Notes under the pieces: generated by a model
What the model was told of the DNA's origin: nothing
The model's input: the letters and a program-made list of their open reading frames with translations, nothing else
Database searches by the model: none
Shown: positions 28,570 through 32,000 of the stretch, piece after piece
Position numbering within the stretch: position 1 is the stretch's first letter
Layout: every line of letters starts with the position of its first letter
Source: Moraxella nasicaprae
GTDB lineage: Bacteria > Pseudomonadota > Gammaproteobacteria > Pseudomonadales > Moraxellaceae
Assembly: GCF_025643275.1 (NCBI RefSeq)
Contig: NZ_CP089977.1
Span: forward strand, 1,410,001-1,442,000
DNA: 32,000 nt
Reading direction: 5' to 3'
Translations under genes and position numbers: made by a program

Positions 28570-28605
28570 AAAACAACATACCCCTTGTCAGATATGTTGT
28601 TTTTT
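28570..28605. terminator. Second hairpin with a T-run in the rppH-lipoprotein spacer
   Basis: AAAACAACATA (28570-28580) pairs with TATGTTGTTTT (28593-28603) across a 12-nt loop. A run of six or seven T lies on the plus strand and only TTTT on the minus strand. It is the only candidate terminator for the minus-strand lipoprotein gene. Confidence 0.55.
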
Positions 28606-28662
28606 AACCTTAGTAGCCGTCAAACTAACCATAATAGGTATTGTTATTTTTATTAAACAAAC

Positions 28663-29118
28663 TTAAAATTTTTTCGCAAACTGTCCATTTGTCATTTGGG
28701 GAATGACTTGTTTTAATTCAGCCACTCGTTTTTCATTACAAAAATCTTTAATTTTAGATTGTTGGAGAAAATGAAACTCCACGCCATTTATTTCATGAAC
28801 CAATTCATTGTATCCATACTTTTTGGCAAGAAGTGAAATGATTTTTTTACTGTCCACAGTCATGCCGCAAGTTTTTGCTCCTGCTGTTCTTGACCATGCA
28901 TATTGCAAATTGCTATCCCACCCCATCGCATCAACGCCAGTAAAGCCATTGTCATAATGATATTTATAAGCATTGCTGTCAATGCTATAAGCCGTCATTC
29001 CGCCTTTGCCAGAATAATTACCATATTCGCCCTTGGTTGTGCTATTAATACTTGTTGCACCTGTACTGGCACAACCAACCATGAACAGCATGATTGTAGA
29101 AAGTGTTACTTTTTTCAT
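28663..29118 (-). CDS. Hypothetical lipoprotein
   Basis: 151 aa. The signal peptide MKKVTLSTIMLFMVGC carries a lipobox (M-V-G-C, Cys16). The mature part is Gly/Tyr/Asn-rich and then helical, with two further Cys residues. I recognise no family. Confidence 0.6.
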   Translation of the reverse strand: MKKVTLSTIMLFMVGCASTGATSINSTTKGEYGNYSGKGGMTAYSIDSNAYKYHYDNGFTGVDAMGWDSNLQYAWSRTAGAKTCGMTVDSKKIISLLAKKYGYNELVHEINGVEFHFLQQSKIKDFCNEKRVAELKQVIPQMTNGQFAKKF

Positions 29119-29185
29119 AAAAAATCCTGAAAATGAAATATTGGCTGGATTGTATCATAATCGCAAAAAACGCACAAATTATTAA

Positions 29186-29221
29186 AAAGAAAAAACAACA
29201 CACCCCAATGGAGTGTGTTGT
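29186..29221 (-). terminator. Rho-independent terminator after katG
   Basis: On the minus strand, ACAACACAC (29221-29213) pairs with GTGTGTTGT (29203-29195). TTTTTTCTTTTT follows. Confidence 0.8.
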
Positions 29222-29243
29222 CTTAACCGATTAACTTAAAAAA

Positions 29244-31550
<2,307 letters not shown>

Positions 31551-31681
31551 TTAAATTCAAAAATTTTAATGAATTTTCAATTTTGATTAAAAAAATAAAT
31601 TATAACAGATATTTTTTGATAAATTATAAAATATCATTTGAAAATTTTTATCAAGCAAACAAGGTATTTTGGGGCAAATGT

Positions 31682-31690
31682 TGTTATAAT
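31682..31690 (+). promoter_or_regulatory. Putative extended -10 promoter (TGTTATAAT) for iscX
   Basis: TGTTATAAT lies at 31682-31690, about 35 nt upstream of the iscX ATG. Confidence 0.4.
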
Positions 31691-31723
31691 TGATGAAATT
31701 TTTCAATCAAAAAAGGTTGCTTT

Positions 31724-31921
31724 ATGAAATTAACTTGGCAAGATACGCTGGACATCGCCATTGAACTGGCGGAAAAATACCCTGATGAAGATGTACAATA
31801 TATCCGTTTTACCGATTTGCATCGCTATGTTTGTGAATTGGAGGGTTTTTCTGATGACCCTAATAAATCTAACGAAGCCATCTTGGAAGCCATTCAAATG
31901 GCATGGCTTGATGAGCTGTAA
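31724..31921 (+). CDS. iscX: Fe-S cluster assembly protein IscX (YfhJ)
   Basis: A 65-aa acidic protein. It is colinear with E. coli IscX as I remember it (W.D...I...L...YPD.D....RFTD.H..C.LE.F.DDP..SNE.ILEAI...WLDE). Confidence 0.85.
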   Translation: MKLTWQDTLDIAIELAEKYPDEDVQYIRFTDLHRYVCELEGFSDDPNKSNEAILEAIQMAWLDEL

Positions 31922-31935
31922 TTAAGAAAATAAAC

Positions 31936-31965
31936 AAAAAGCAGGCATGTTGTCTGCTTTTTGTT
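31936..31965 (+). terminator. Rho-independent terminator after iscX
   Basis: AAAAAGCAG (31936-31944) pairs with CTGCTTTTT (31954-31962), and the stem is extendable inward. TTTTTGTTTGG follows. Confidence 0.8.
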
Positions 31966-32000
31966 TGGTCTGGTAGGATTATTGCCAAATCGATGTAATG

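Noticed and set aside
28447-28656. 69-aa plus-strand ORF running from the rppH 3' end across the spacer
   Set aside because: It reads straight through two terminator hairpins and overlaps the rppH coding end out of frame.

Overview
This window looks like core chromosome of a gamma-proteobacterium. My guess is Moraxellaceae (a Moraxella/Psychrobacter/Acinetobacter relative), based on about 40-45% GC by eye, a BfmRS-like two-component system and a zur/znuA divergon. That assignment is inference only. Reading left to right:

- Partial zur (-), divergent from znuA.
- A complete F1Fo ATP synthase operon, atpI-B-E-F-H-A-G-[lipoprotein]-D-C (+).
- A BfmR/BfmS-like (RstAB-like) response regulator and histidine kinase pair directly downstream, with no visible terminator in between.
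- A convergent envZ-like kinase with no adjacent response regulator.
- The rpsP-rimM-trmD-rplS operon.
- A hotdog-fold thioesterase-like gene (-) and uvrC (+).
- A long minus-strand block: UbiH-family monooxygenase, an acidic hypothetical, apbE, folA, a small AT-rich 4-TM ORF, thyA, lgt and a TSUP permease.
- birA-coaX (+) and an osmC-like/MAPEG pair (-).
- rppH (+), an orphan lipoprotein (-), katG (-) and a stand-alone iscX (+).

I found no rRNA, tRNA, CRISPR array, transposase, integrase, phage gene or recognisable defence gene. I cannot point to a convincing novel multi-gene system.

The features most worth a second look are:

1. A BamE/OmlA-like lipoprotein gene embedded between atpG and atpD.
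2. U-tract-less stem-loops placed immediately 3' of the three multi-copy subunit genes (atpE, atpA, atpD).
3. A compositionally distinct 4-TM ORF wedged between thyA and folA.
4. An envZ orthologue uncoupled from ompR.
5. Unusually long, structured spacers at atpI-atpB and rpsP-rimM.

All functional calls come from reading the translated ORFs against remembered family signatures. No database search was run.
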